In this document: piece after piece, positions 38,656 to 51,525 of the stretch
Layout of the letters: each line of letters opens with the position of its first letter
Numbering within the stretch: position 1 is the first letter of the stretch
NCBI GenBank assembly: GCA_002633005.1
Contig: NMRA01000291.1
Coordinates: forward strand, 450,825 to 514,824
Source: Phoronis australis
Taxonomy: Eukaryota > Animalia > Phoronida
Reading direction: 5' to 3'
Length of the DNA: 64,000 nucleotides
Notes under the pieces: model-generated
What the model was told of the DNA's origin: nothing
Databases searched by the model: none
Seen by the model: only the letters and a program-made list of their open reading frames with translations
Translations under genes and position numbers: made by a program

Positions 38656-41055
38656 GGGCCTTTCGCACTAACGGGGAGTTGCGGTCAGTATGAACGCTTA
38701 ACTCTGGTCCTGGATCGCAGTTAACAGCTCCAGTTAACATCGCAATTAAGAGGTAAATTTAATAGCGCAGCGTCGACGCTACGGTGCAGTATGAACGCTT
38801 AACTTCGGTCCAATCGAAGTTATCGCCAGGTGCCGCTGTTATCGTCAACAGTTACAGGGTAGTGCCGTCACTAATAGCTGCTTATATTTTGCTCTAATAA
38901 TAACCAATCGATTTAAAAATAAGTTTAATGTCACTTAGCATATGTAAATGTTTCCAAATTGAAACATTGAAGAAGAATCTTAGCTTGCAACGTTACCTTG
39001 CGATTAACTTCGATGACGACAGCGGCACCAACCGCTTGCTTCATTAACTACCGAAGCCAGTATGAACGGTCCAGTTAAAAGAGAATGCCACCCGATTTAA
39101 TTAGTCTTTTTTACCGTGTTAATCGGTCCATATACACATCGCCTCTTATACGGTCGACCTCACCTTGCCGAGAGGTGTCGCGTTAACCTGTGAGGAAGGT
39201 GAGAAACGACGCAGCGACGTCAGTGGTTCGTCTGCAGAGTGAATGCCGCTATATTGCGGTGCATCGTTCCCGTTTGTCCGAACTATGAAGCTGCGAAAAA
39301 AGCGTGTATATCATTTTTTCGACTTCCTCGAGAGTCCGAAATGCTTAGGAAGTGGCTCGCGGTAGTGAAGAACGAAAGGTACACTGTTAATAGCAAGTAT
39401 GAGACCGTGAAACATTTCCATGTCGACAATGATTTCTCTGACGAATTCCGGCTTACCAAAGAACTATCCATGCGTTCCGTTGCCTGTGCATGTTCACGGC
39501 GTCTCTCTAGTATTTCTTGATCAGTGTATTCCGGTTCGAACTGATAGCCTATGAATAACGATCCGACCCGTGAAGTCTTCGTCGGATGAGCTCTTGACTA
39601 AGTCGGGATTGGCGCCGGGCGAGTTGCCATGTAGATGTTTATTATTCTGCGTTCTGTTTCAAAATGAATTATTCTCATCCTAACCAATGCTTGTATGAAA
39701 CTGGAACAAAGTCTGTATCATTAGTTACAATTTGTTATTCCTTGAGTGCTGGTGACTCGTGAGTGCAAATGATTTGAGAAGCCAGCAATGAATAAACCAC
39801 TGAGTTACCGGCTGTTGATGCCGGCAACAAAGGCAATTGACCGGACACCGAGGCCGTCTGAGCGCATGCTAATTCAGGGTTTAACAGAAAGCTGTTATGA
39901 AACACTCGATTTTATATACTATGGTCACATGTTGGGGGAATCTTTATTTCGAAATACAAATACATTATTCAAATCATTGTTACAACCGGTCCTGACGGTC
40001 TGTGGACGGGGAACCCGACTTCCAGTCGCGGCCCCGACAAGTATTTTAAGTAGATTTTCACTTTCTTGGCTAATTCACAAAAATAATATACGTGCACATT
40101 ATTTCTTTGACTCACTATTGTAGTCTTTTCGTGACTGGAGGTTTAGTTTCCAACTCAAGCTGGTTTATGTTCGTACCAGTCCCGGCGGCCGCGACGGGCC
40201 TGATCGGGTTTCGAGCCAGTGGCCGGGATAACAAGCGTTTTGTGTGTTTATAACTCAAAAATACAAGTGTAAAAAAACACAGTATCGAGGTTCTCCTGTC
40301 TTTATTTCACTGAAGAATACTTCTAACTTATCTCCGAACAGACACCAAACTCCTGCTACGGACCTTGCATGACGGCGACATCCCGTTGCTCCCAACTTGT
40401 TCGATTGTATAGCCCAACAACAAGTTGGGAAGTTTACCCCAGTAGTCAATTAACTCCATTCTGGTGTTGGTCGTTGGAGGGCCTGTGCTCTTTTGTTTGA
40501 TAATTGCTCTAATCTCCGATCAGATCGTATCTAGCCTGACTGGGGTGGGCTGATAAAAATGAAAGTTAAGTTAAGCCAGATATTATCGCACGTTCAGCAC
40601 CCCTCACGTCTGGAAAAGTTACTGAACGACAGGACGCTGTAATGGTAAATTGGCCTGCCGAACTTTGTAGGCTACGGTGTGTCCAAATACCAGTAAATCC
40701 GTAAAAGCGAAATAAAACAACACGTTCTTATAAGAACTCGATGTATTTTTAAGGGTTTTACATCGCAGTTTGATGATTTATTGGTGTTAAACGATGAATT
40801 CAAACGATAAGCTGACACCACTAACCCGTGTTGTGAACTGCTGAACCGGCAGACTGCGTGTGAAACTAATTACGTCATTGGATAAGTTTAACACCTCCGT
40901 TCACCGTCAGGTGTCAGGTAACGCAACCGAACGTGCCGTTATCAAGTAGAACCACTCGATCTAAATTGATAAAAAATACGGTGGCATTCTCCTTTAGCTG
41001 CGCTGTTTTCGTCGACGCTCCGCTCAGACCGGAGTTAAGTCAATATGAAAGGGCC
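38656..41055. mobile_element. PIF/Harbinger-like element inserted in the Kolobok copy
   Basis: Host homology stops at TAA|GGGCCTTTCGCACT and resumes after ATATGAAAGGGCC|TAT; repeated internal CAGTATGAACG motifs. Confidence 0.55.
39239..39520 (+). pseudogene. THAP zinc-finger domain remnant
   Basis: RCIVPVCPN..ISFFRLP..LRKWLAVVK..KHF; the third Cys before HF is missing. Confidence 0.65.
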
Positions 41056-41293
41056 TATATACTTGAACTAAATAAGCATTTTTTATGCCACGTAGTCGCG
41101 AAGTTTTTTAATGTTGAAGAAAATTCAGTTATTTCCAAGTTTCCCGCCAAATGATGTAATGAGTGGAACACGTTTAGGTCGTTTAGCTAATTAACAACCA
41201 AGTGCAATGGCGGAACATCGGAGATAAGACGAGGACGATTTTGAGCGAGAACTGGATAATTATTAAGCAGACAGAGAGGAGAGTGGATGAGTC

Positions 41294-41452
41294 CAGTGGC
41301 GGATTTAGAGGGGGGCCAAGTTGACCATGCCCCCCCCTAAAATTCTCCCAGATTACATTTGGCAGTTCGTGGGTGCAAATGTTTGACAGGAAAAGTAATG
41401 GCTAATATTCTGCCCTGGGCCCTCCTAACTCAAAATCCTGGATCCGCTCCTG
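41294..41452. mobile_element. hAT-like CAG(T/G)GGCGGAT MITE fragment
   Basis: CAGTGGCGGATTTAGAGGGGGG ... AAAATCCTGGATCCGCTCCTG; similar pieces at 50209-50395; no TSD seen. Confidence 0.45.
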
Positions 41453-43647
41453 CATAACACTCAAGTACTTGAAGAATCGGACAATGAACTCGATTTCCCA
41501 CTTAGCGAACTTTCGTCGGCTTTGAGGCCGTAATCCTGAACTCAACCCACTTGCACGAAAAATTCTGCAGACATATGTCACCCATGACCAACTGACCCAA
41601 GGGATGGTCATCAATATTCACAAAACAGACACTTAATAATCACTAGCAAAGGCCACACTACACCTGGGTCACTCGTATTCACTATTGCCATGATAGAATG
41701 AACACGGCACGGTCTTAACGCAATCTATAAGCTGACGTGTCGTAGCACTCGCTATATGGGCCGAGGTCGAGGGCCTGGCATCACTCGCCCCAGAATGGAA
41801 GCAGTTTGTTCGTTATTAATAAAATCTTCAAATACACTTACAAGGTGGCGAGTCCTTCATTGTAACGCCGCTCTTGTGGTTGAAACACGATTCTTTGAAA
41901 TGTGTCGAACAAAATGTGGGTCCCGACTGAATCGCATGTTCCACAGTGACGTTTTACACTCTCGTGCAGCGCAAAAACTGCAACTTTCACGTATTTAGGA
42001 AATTTGAACAGAGACGTTCTCACTCAAGTTGCTGTAACTACAGCCTTCACAAACGTACCTTTTCATGTCTGAAAAAGGCCACACTGGTAAAAACAAGAAC
42101 GGTGGAGATGGTCTTCCACCCATTACGTATCACCCCGTTAACATAAAAATATATATTTTATTTTTTTGGGTTGTTTTTTAGCACCAGGTGTACTAAAGGC
42201 TGTTAAATCTTTTAAGATGTATTGATAAAATTCTTTTTGAGTTTTGAGTTACAAGGTTATTGGGGGAACTGTTTAATCGGGTACAGGCAAGCAAGCTCGG
42301 ACAATTTTCCTTATCAGTTAAGCAGTGACAATCAATTTAAGTTTGGCGTGCGTAAACCCCCGATTTTAAAGATTCCAGGAACGATTTCGATTACTGTTTG
42401 TGTTTTACATATTTATTGAATCACCGATTCTTGAAATGTGTAGTTTTGATATATACCTTGATAGGCACAGCTGTTTATTTAACATGATGACCCAGCTCGC
42501 AATCCTCTATTAACTCTGTCCGTGACATTAGATGCATTATGAATGATTATCGTTGACCGAAATTAAATTCTGACGCCTCCTGCTTAACTTTGAGCATACT
42601 AGTGGCCAGGGTATCTTGACCTATCTTTTACGGTGGCAGAAGTCAATGCAAATTGCATGTAATGGAGATTTTACAGTAAAGAATGGTGAACGGATACTGA
42701 GCGACCAATGGGATAGCACAGACCCAAACATAAATATGCACGAGCACTTAAAAATCTCAATCGATATAATGGACTTGCTTAGTGTTAAAGGGATTCTGAG
42801 ACAAAAACGCACTTGGTAAAACAATCCAACTATGTTCACCTAGGCTCATACACCTGAAGTGCCCCAAAATATCTCCTTTTAAATGGATAAATTAAACGAA
42901 TGAGTAAGGTGAAAATCTGGACGGGGGAGATTTGGCACGGGGTGATATCGGGAAAGGGATACATAAGTTGGGAAACGATTGGACGGGAGACTATAGGGAA
43001 CGAGGAACAGAGGTCCGACTCCCAATTATTCAACAAAATCCGTTTTATAGTAATAGAATAACGCATTCAGAAATACTCCCTGTCAACTTCGACAACACTT
43101 GTTTCACTGCTTACCCTTTTCAGCGTCTTGGTCAACATTTTTATCACTAATTATAGTGTCAGTTCGCGTTTCCACGGCAGACCCTGACAAAACAGTTGTC
43201 ATTTCAGATGAGCTTTTGGTACCAAGGATGTTGCTTGTTATTGTTTTTTGAGCACTAACTTTGCTTGCGGCGCCCTCCATTCTGACAGCGTCACCTGAAA
43301 AACATACGCAGTGCAGGTAATAATGAGTGCATTGATGTCAGATGTTTATTAAAGGAGTTCTCTACAGAAGTATTAGAATGTAGTGACCAACTTCTTGGGG
43401 TTGTATATTAAGGTTTACTGACGTATATGACTGTCAGGAGTAGACAGGTACTGGTTGTAGCTCCACAACTTTTATTTGACTTATCTATTTGGTGCTACCA
43501 GCTAGCGTTTGACTGACACTACCTGTTTTTTTCAGGCCAGCGATAATGTAGTTGTTTACAACAGACTGTCTGAGAACCAGTTGGTAAACATTAACCATCC
43601 AGTCCGATAAATCTCAGCAAAAAATTTAAAACGAATGTTGCATTTAT

Positions 43648-43745
43648 ATTTCAACTGAGCGTCGTTGCGTCCTCATCGCGAGGACACCACGGCAGTTGCA
43701 AATGAAAGTCCTCGCGATGAGGACGCAACGTTGTTCAGTTGAAAT
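43648..43745. repeat. Long hairpin (38-bp arms) with internal GTCCTC-N5-GAGGAC stems
   Basis: ATTTCAACTGAGCGTCGTTGCGTCCTCATCGCGAGGAC ... GTCCTCGCGATGAGGACGCAACGTTGTTCAGTTGAAAT. Confidence 0.9.
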
Positions 43746-44511
43746 TTGTCCAATATTAAGTTTGTTGCCGACTATCTGAGAACTTTCTGGTAGAGGCCAG
43801 CATTTAAGTGAGGGACATAAGAGCTATAGTTTGGAACGTTCTAGGGTCTTGCATATATTTGTAGTGTGATTGGGTAGATTCTAAAAGTTTGACAATGAGT
43901 CCGAAATGGTGAAAAGTTAACCATTACATTATAAGGAGGAGGAGGAGGCAAAACATCGGGTTGCAGCCGCTCCTCAATGGAAATGGGTCAGAATGAGGGC
44001 AATGTGGGTCTGGGAGTATCATTCGGTGAGCAGTTACTACAGGCCGAAGGCGTGACTTTGGCGATTTCATAAAGGTGATTCAACAAAACCAGGTTTCAAC
44101 CTGAAGCCTGTTCTTTTCAAACCTGGTCTAAGTTTAAGCCTAAGTTGCATTTCACCATTGACTAGTCCCACGGAGCGACAACTCCGTATATTTTAGTGGA
44201 CCGCGAAATTTTACGCGTAAGCTGTTACGTCATTATTCGCTAGCAACACCTGGTCAAATTATCAAGTTTTATTTCGGGCAAGTACGTTGTCCACTAATCA
44301 TGTTCGGCTATTTTGTGGTCCGGGGTGGTAGTAGCATTGCTAAAAGTACTCACGATACCAACAGTTCTACTATTAGAAGACTTTAAACAGCGTTTCAATG
44401 GCAAAAAAAATTTTTTTCGTTGTTACAGTACCGGACAGTAAAATAGGCGCGAGAATTTTCCGTCACAATACCGTAAGACTAACCGGAAACTGAAACAGAT
44501 AATTTAGGACT

Positions 44512-47500
44512 TAGTCTCCTGCACAGACCCTCGAGGTTGGTTGGGGTCTGCTACAGGGCACTTTTCCATCCGCATTCTTGGAATATCATTGGCTGTTCCG
44601 ATTTCAAGAAATAAGGCATTCTATTGGGCAGTTGTATGTTAACATGTTCATGTACGTTATGTACGTGATTACCGGGAAGGTTGAATAGCTCATTTGCGAG
44701 TTTCTCGTTAGTCAATGTGACGTCACCGGAAAAGGGGCAAAACCCGCCATATTGCTCTTGTTTGGCCCCGAGTCTTTGCTACACACGCTAAATTTTTCTG
44801 GAGTTGTTATGGTGAATTTTACGCTTAAAACGTAAACACAACTTAAAAGATGGTAGATGGATCGTGGAATAACTGTGAATGGACGATGAAAATGTGAACT
44901 TGTTATGTTGTGCGAAGCTGTGAACGACTGCGGGAACTCAACCCGGCGTGCGTTCAGTAGACGCTAGGACCTACGATAGGACCTAGCTAAAACCTAGTCA
45001 AAGTCACGTGTTCTCATTCGAAATACACGGCAATATCTCACGTAATCTCGCGAAGTCTTGCTTTTTAGCGAGGTCCTAGCGTTACTGAACGGGAGGCAGG
45101 TCTAGGCCTGAATGCCGCACTGCAGGCATACAGGGGCGATAGTTTATCCCCATAAAAAGTTACTCACTTCAAAATACAGCAAATAAAATCAAATGAAACA
45201 TGCATATGTGCACATGGAGTTATAACTAATTAACACATATCCTGACTCTGGATACAATTTAGTCTACAAATAACTTGAATCTATCCATGAAAACCTCGCG
45301 GTTCCCTCAAGTTTCTCTCACAGGGCGCCATCTTGAGGAAGTTACGTGAAATCACGAACAATAAGACCAAGGAACATAAATCTTACAAATTCACTTGATA
45401 TGTTCTCATGTTATTTTGCAAGTGTCACGCGCCACGTCTCGAGCTTCACTCAGTCTCGCGCTAGCCTTTGCCTCATACTCACGTGACCAGTTGAACTACT
45501 TTGTGGTTATCGCGCGCGCGGTTTAAGTTAACAGTAACCACAATGTGGAGTTGGAATTCTTCGCCAAAGTCACCTGAATTCCCATAGCTATGCTTCACCA
45601 AAGATATGTTTAGAAGCAGAAAGGACCACTGGAGAAAATAAGCGCCTTTTTAGGTGATAATTTTAGATATAGAATGTATTTTTGACATGGTGAAAACTTA
45701 ATCAGTGAGCGGATTTCGCCTATCGCCCGCTTAAAATACACGAAACAAAATTAGTACAAAACGCGATAGAACGTATTGTAGTGCGAATCTGAATTTCATT
45801 TGCCACAACAGCAATATTTGTTTGGCATTTTTCGAACTAAACGGCCAAAAAGTGGAAGAAAATAACAGAATACACTCTGCTAACGTATTGGGCAAATGAG
45901 CCAAACAACAAGCTTTCGCCCCACTTCCCGTGACGTCACTATTAAGTCTCACGTAATCTCGCGTTATTGTTATAAACTCGCAAAAGGACTATTGGCCAAT
46001 GGGTCAGATAAGTTATGCTGAAATACTGCTATTCATGACATATTGACATTGTCATTGTAATGTATAATACACTGGCACACTTGTCACTACCCACAGAAGT
46101 TAGGAGCATAAAAATATAGTCAATGGTCCTAAACATACAAACATTAACCAGTCTAGCAATAGTTTTATAATGACTGGCATCGCTTTTGTCGGAGCCATTC
46201 AGCAGTGCCTCTGACTGCCATCCTACAGTCGTACGGAGTATTCAGTTATTTCGGAGGGTGTTTGCTGCTGTGAAATTATTTTATACACACTCTTTTGTAT
46301 AGTCAGCACGATAAAACCTCACCCTTTTTGAGTTGGCACAGTGATTAAAACTGACCCATTTTGGTGAGAGCCTCAATGGAAGAGTCAACTTTTCTGATAA
46401 CATAATTATGCAAAGTTATTATTTACAGAGAATTGAGTTTCAGCAAAAAACTCTCTGGGTTGTATTCTTTTTAAAACAACAAACCTCAGTTGCATCTGAA
46501 ACCTTCAGTGGTTTTGGTGCTAAAATGGATTATTTTATACAGTTCCTACCAAAAAGTAAATATTTTTGTGTGGAATTTATTTGGAAATTCACCCTTTCGT
46601 GGTGACTTTTGCAATGCCCAAGTCACTAGTCAGAGTATCACATTTAGTCGTATGAAATCTATGCAAGTCTCCTCTCTCTTGGACCCCGACTCGTCGACTG
46701 TTTCATTTTTTCTTTCCAAGTTCACATGATGTCAAGTGTTGTAGAGTTTGCAACAATCGTCTATTAATTTCAGTCTAATTGCTAAACAAGATCTCAGAAC
46801 CATTCTTAAACATTCTGAAACTACTAAGGTTCGCTGTAATCAAAGCATTCTCGAGTTAGACATTGTACGCAAGCGAACTTTAAAAACCTGGTTCGTTAAA
46901 ATGACTACTAGTTGCAAAACCATCTCACATTTTAAAATTGGGAGCTCAGGGTACCGTACTTCAAAGATTTTAAGCTGGGTCACTAAACCCAAATCGACGG
47001 TTTCTTGTGCGTTACTTGGGTTGGATTGTTATCCAGGCAGTCACTCACTGGCAATCCAAATTTTGAGAACAAGTTTTAACGACTGCTATTCAGTGAAAAA
47101 CAGGTTCCTGTTATACAGTAAAAAACACTGGTTCTCAAAGTGGGGGTGCCCTGTATGTTACTATTACCATTATGTTTTGCTCAATGTTTTGAGCAACATG
47201 CTAGTGTTTCATTCTTGTGGTTATGATCTACATAATACAGCAGTGATTTTAGTCAACATTTCGGTCTTTTCGAACAGTTTTCAAAATTACAAATTTGACT
47301 CTTACTGAGGGGATCTCCTCGTGGCAAGAGTTGGGCAGTGTGAAATGCTTCAGAACATTCGCACTGGCAAACACCCTCACGTTGACATCATTAATGTGTT
47401 CCTAGAAATAGTATACTCATAAGCTACAAAACACACAACATGCCAAGAAAATTATCTAACCATCGGCAACATTATTTTGCTGATGTATTGATTACAAATA

Positions 47501-50500
47501 TGGTTTAGTTTAGGGATAGACTGAAGTGCTAAGTATGAGCATTAACATAGCTGTGGGCGCACAACAGGGCTATCCCCTCCTCTTGCAAACCCTTCCCCTG
47601 ATAGAAACTCATTCCAGTTTTGTTCATGTCTAGCTTCTCTGTCCCCTGTTCATGCAGTGCCTCCAAGTTGCCTCACATTACAGTCATTGGTTGCCAACAA
47701 TTTCAAGTTTAGCAACCTCTTGAATAATTCTGACTACACCAGTGTTGCTACATGGGAATAGGTTACTAAAGACCGGACTGGCATTCAAGTTGCACATTCA
47801 CTGCCTTGTGAAAGCATAAACCATTATAAAATTAACAACTGGGCCCTGGGATTCAACTTTTTACTCAGAATTATTTTTGTTATTTTCTATTCTAGTTTTG
47901 TTTGAATTCGAGATAAGTTTCTTTTATTCTATACTTGAGTACTTATTGATGGCAATTAATGATCCCTGTATTACAGCTAAAAATTTGACTCTGAGTTCGA
48001 GGTTTTACTAGAAATCTTGAGTTTTTACTCAAATTTTAGCTATCTTGATCTCGCAAGGACGTGGACTAGAAGTGACAAAAACAATTTTGAGTTTGATTTG
48101 GATTGAAAGTTTCACTCCGACTACAGGTGTATTCCCAAAACATGATCGCATAATCCCTTTTCAAGGTTTTAAATCAATCCATACAAGACTGGGCTAGAAT
48201 CTGTTTAGCACAAAAAGCAATAAATGCTATGTGGAGAATAATAAAACATCTGTACTAAACTGTGTTGAAAAAATGAACCCTTTTGACATTCCTTATCCAC
48301 AAACTGTACCATTTTTCAAGCTGCTATTTACCTAAACTCTTTTTAGAACTGTCATGTAAGAACATACGATTGGTCTGGTACAAACAATGTTGTTTTTGGC
48401 CAAATTAGTAGCAAAAATCCCAAGCACTCACATGAAGATTGGCATTGGATTTGGATATTAGTGTCTGATGTCAATCTTCCTGTGTGTGCTCGTGATTAAA
48501 CTCTTGATCTTGTACTGTTCCTTACTGAGATTACATGTGGTATATTGGCTTCGGTTGAACGGAGAGTTTGTTATTGCTTAAGACCTGGTGCAATAACCAT
48601 GGCTTTGAGCAATAACAAAGTTTGAATTCTTCCAAGTCCACTAAGGAACAAGTTGAGACAGGGATATATACAGGGCTTGGAATTTTTCTGTTTGTTTTTA
48701 TTAATTTTATTTGATTTCCAGCTTCTTTTTTATCATCATTTTTGGCTTGATTTATGCAAAAACATTTATTTCAGTATAATTTTACAACACAAAAATATTT
48801 TTATCACACAAGCCAAATTGTGAAATGATAGATCACCTGGAAAATTTTCGTCTTATTGTCATTTCAATTCCTGTATATAGTGGTAAATTGTTCAGATCAA
48901 AATTCATTCTTTTTCACATAAAACGCATTTATAGCATCTTAAAGGGATTTAATTCGAAGGAAATCTGGAAGCTAGAAGACTCCATCTGATAAGCGCATTC
49001 TGAAATCAAAGATGTTCAACACACATTGTTAGGTATAGGGATAGGGTTCATTCCACCATCCTTGGGCTTTCAGAGTACCCTCCTACAACCATTCCAAGGG
49101 GGTTCTCCCACAGGTTTATGCAAGACACGACACTCAACTGGGTGATTTTTTCCCAAACAATTTCTCTTCAAAATGGTGCTTGAAAAAATCCCTACCGAAG
49201 CAAACTTTTTTCCCATGAATACAACGGGTTTCACTCTTGAAGTTAATAACACTGCAAATGGTACTTTTTTCCTACTGCAAAAGGGGTTAATACGATACCT
49301 GTATTTTTAAAACCTTGGACACCAGACTCATTTTTGACAACAGGAATCTCTGAGCCGACTTCTTCAAGCTTAATGGGTGAAAACGACAACTGTCCATGAA
49401 TTACTACGAAAGGATTCAGTTGTTAGCATTAGCTCTTATAAAAAAATTGTGCCTTTGAAACATTAGGCTACAATTTTATTGAAGTCTAAACCTCGGACCA
49501 CAAACATAATGTTTTTTAGCCATCGTCTAAATGGGTGGAGATTCTTCTAGTACTCAATTATGTACAAAACTAAAGGTTAGGGCCCATTTGGAACACCTCT
49601 CGGGTATTTTCGTAGCTACAAATTTACCCTCGGAACATCTGGAGCACCTCGGCTATTTTCCTATTTAAATTTACAATTTTTTCTTAGAAACACTTCAGGT
49701 ATTTTCGTAGCCTCAAATCTCCTTTCGGAGATGAACGTTATCCAAAATATGGCAAGTCACGTGATTTTCAATGTTGACAACAATAGGCAAACTGAACTAG
49801 AGAGCATTCACCTATTAGGTGAAATTTGAGGTTACAAAAACACCCGAGGTGTTCTGGATGCCCTTGGAAGTTAATGTTTTCAGTGCATGCTCGAACTTTA
49901 TGGCCAATCATTCTCCACTAAGTTTGATAATCACGCAGGTTAAATTCACCTCCAATGAGAAATTTGAGGCCCCGAATATACCCAAGGTGATCTGAATGGC
50001 TTAGGACCCTCAAGTTGTATGGGGTCCCACCTCAAAAAGGGAAATGGGGAAGAAAAAATTAGTATGTCAACGAGGTGAGGGTGTAGCTTGAGAATTGTGG
50101 CTATACCTGGAGGGTCGAAAATTGTGGCGTTCTTACTAGGGGATGAATACTGTGTAGGCTGCGAAGTAGTGGAAATTGGGTGCCAGCAGTGTCTACTGTA
50201 ACACTGTACAGAGACGGATAGTGGGAAAAGGGGGGGGGGGGGGCAAGGGGGNCCTGCCTAAAATTCTTCCAGATTCCATTTGGCAGCTTGGGGGCGCAAC
50301 TGTTATACTCTGCCCTCGCCCCTACCTCCTATCTCAAAATCCTGGATCATCCCCTCCTGTAAGATCGTACAGCAGGGGAGGATCCAGGATTTCGGGACGT
50401 TTTCAATTCATAAAAAGCGTTCAAACAATCAAACTGAAAGAATGGCAAGTGAAAAGAGTGAAGCCATTGTTAATTCAGGTTTATTTTCCTAGTAAGGAAT

Positions 50501-50913
50501 CGATAATTACATGATTTTACTACAGTTTATTGGTAATATCACAACATATAAACAGCTACCTCACCAGAGAGTTCCCCCGACCGCAAACGCGACCCAGTCG
50601 CAAAATAACTTTTACTTTCGCGACACCTAATCCTGATAACGTAATACCGGATGTCAGCATGCGCAGAGCAAACTTCCTGGTTAAAAATTGCCAGCTGACA
50701 GCCAATGAAAACCATCGTTCTGGTGGCCTTTACCTGGGCCTTCACAAGAAATCCGTGACGTCAACTTGTGAGGCCCGGGAACCAGGACCTAGCTAAAACC
50801 TGGTCAAAGTCACGTGTTCTCATTTAAAATGCACGGTAATATCTCACGTAATCTCGCGAAGTCTTGCTTTTTAGCGTGGTACTAGCGTTAATTACTGAAC
50901 GGGAGGCAGGTTA
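44512..50913. mobile_element. 6.4-kb composite DNA element with a perfect 9-bp TSD (Academ/AcademH-like termini)
   Basis: TTTAGGACT at 44503-44511 and 50914-50922; termini TAGTCTCCTGCACAGACC.. and ..GAACGGGAGGCAGGTTA; ~125-bp internal direct repeat at 44978-45100 and 50784-50910. Confidence 0.65.
49580..50000. mobile_element. Harbinger-like MITE nested in the 6.4-kb element
   Basis: TTA|GGGCCCATTTGGAACACC ... GGTGATCTGAATGGC|TTA; inverted internal repeats GGTATTTTCGTAG..CAAAT / ATTTGAGG. Confidence 0.5.
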
Positions 50914-51361
50914 TTTAGGACTGAGTGGCGCCTCCTCTAGGATACTACACAAGAAAATGTTGGAGTTGCGAATCTGTTGTCTATAATCTATGATTTCCCC
51001 AACGTGACTTATCAGTCTTGTTTTGTTCTTAGACTACGGAACATCAATTTATTCTTTTTACTCGAAGTCGAACTCTAAAGTACTCTGTTCCACTTAAGTA
51101 TGAACTCATGATAACCGTCTAATTATTCTGTGACCCGTATATGATCTGTCCTGACAAACGCACTCGGTATTCTAAGAAATGAAATCAGTGTCCCGCTATG
51201 GCTGGCTATATGCGAGAGAATCATCAGTATCTCGAAAGTCAAGTTGGGGTATATGTACCGGGTAACCTTTTCACTAATCGGAATACCCACAGTCAAGCAC
51301 GACATTTTCTCCTTTTGAGCAGATTGTTAGTGAACTTTGGACTGAGGAAGACAGTGACATT

Positions 51362-51525
51362 TTGAGTTCAGGAACCACCTCGAGGAAACCTACGAGCGGA
51401 CTAGGAAAAGCCAAGCATTACTACAACAAGGTCACCGACGGGCAATTTCGAGAGGGACGGATAATATCGGTTTTACTTCAAGATTACTGTGATGTCTTCA
51501 AGAATGAGCTTGGAAAGATCCATTT
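51362..51525 (+). mobile_element. Possible Ty3/Gypsy pol remnant
   Basis: KAKHYYNK..QFREG (integrase C-terminus-like) joined to LLQDYCDVFKNELGKI (pre-RT-like); very short. Confidence 0.3.

Larger units (their letters stand above)
38585..42276 (-). mobile_element. Kolobok-type THAP element (copy 2), interrupted
   Basis: TTAAAGAGTTCCCACCATGCATTTT start and GGGAACTGTTTAA end; 41060-41160 and 41890-42240 align with 10270-10800. Confidence 0.75.
38088..43021. mobile_element. Foldback/MuDR-like MITE split by nested insertions
   Basis: TIRs GAGTCAGTAACGCTGTTCCCCGTTCCCTGTA and TATAGGGAACGAGGAACAGAGGTCCGACTC with C-rich/G-rich subterminal repeats; flanks ACACTTATT / CCAATTATT (7/9). Confidence 0.55.

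Noticed and set aside
50228-50252. G-run with an ambiguous n (also near 58958)
   Set aside because: Homopolymer sequencing uncertainty within MITE G-tracts.
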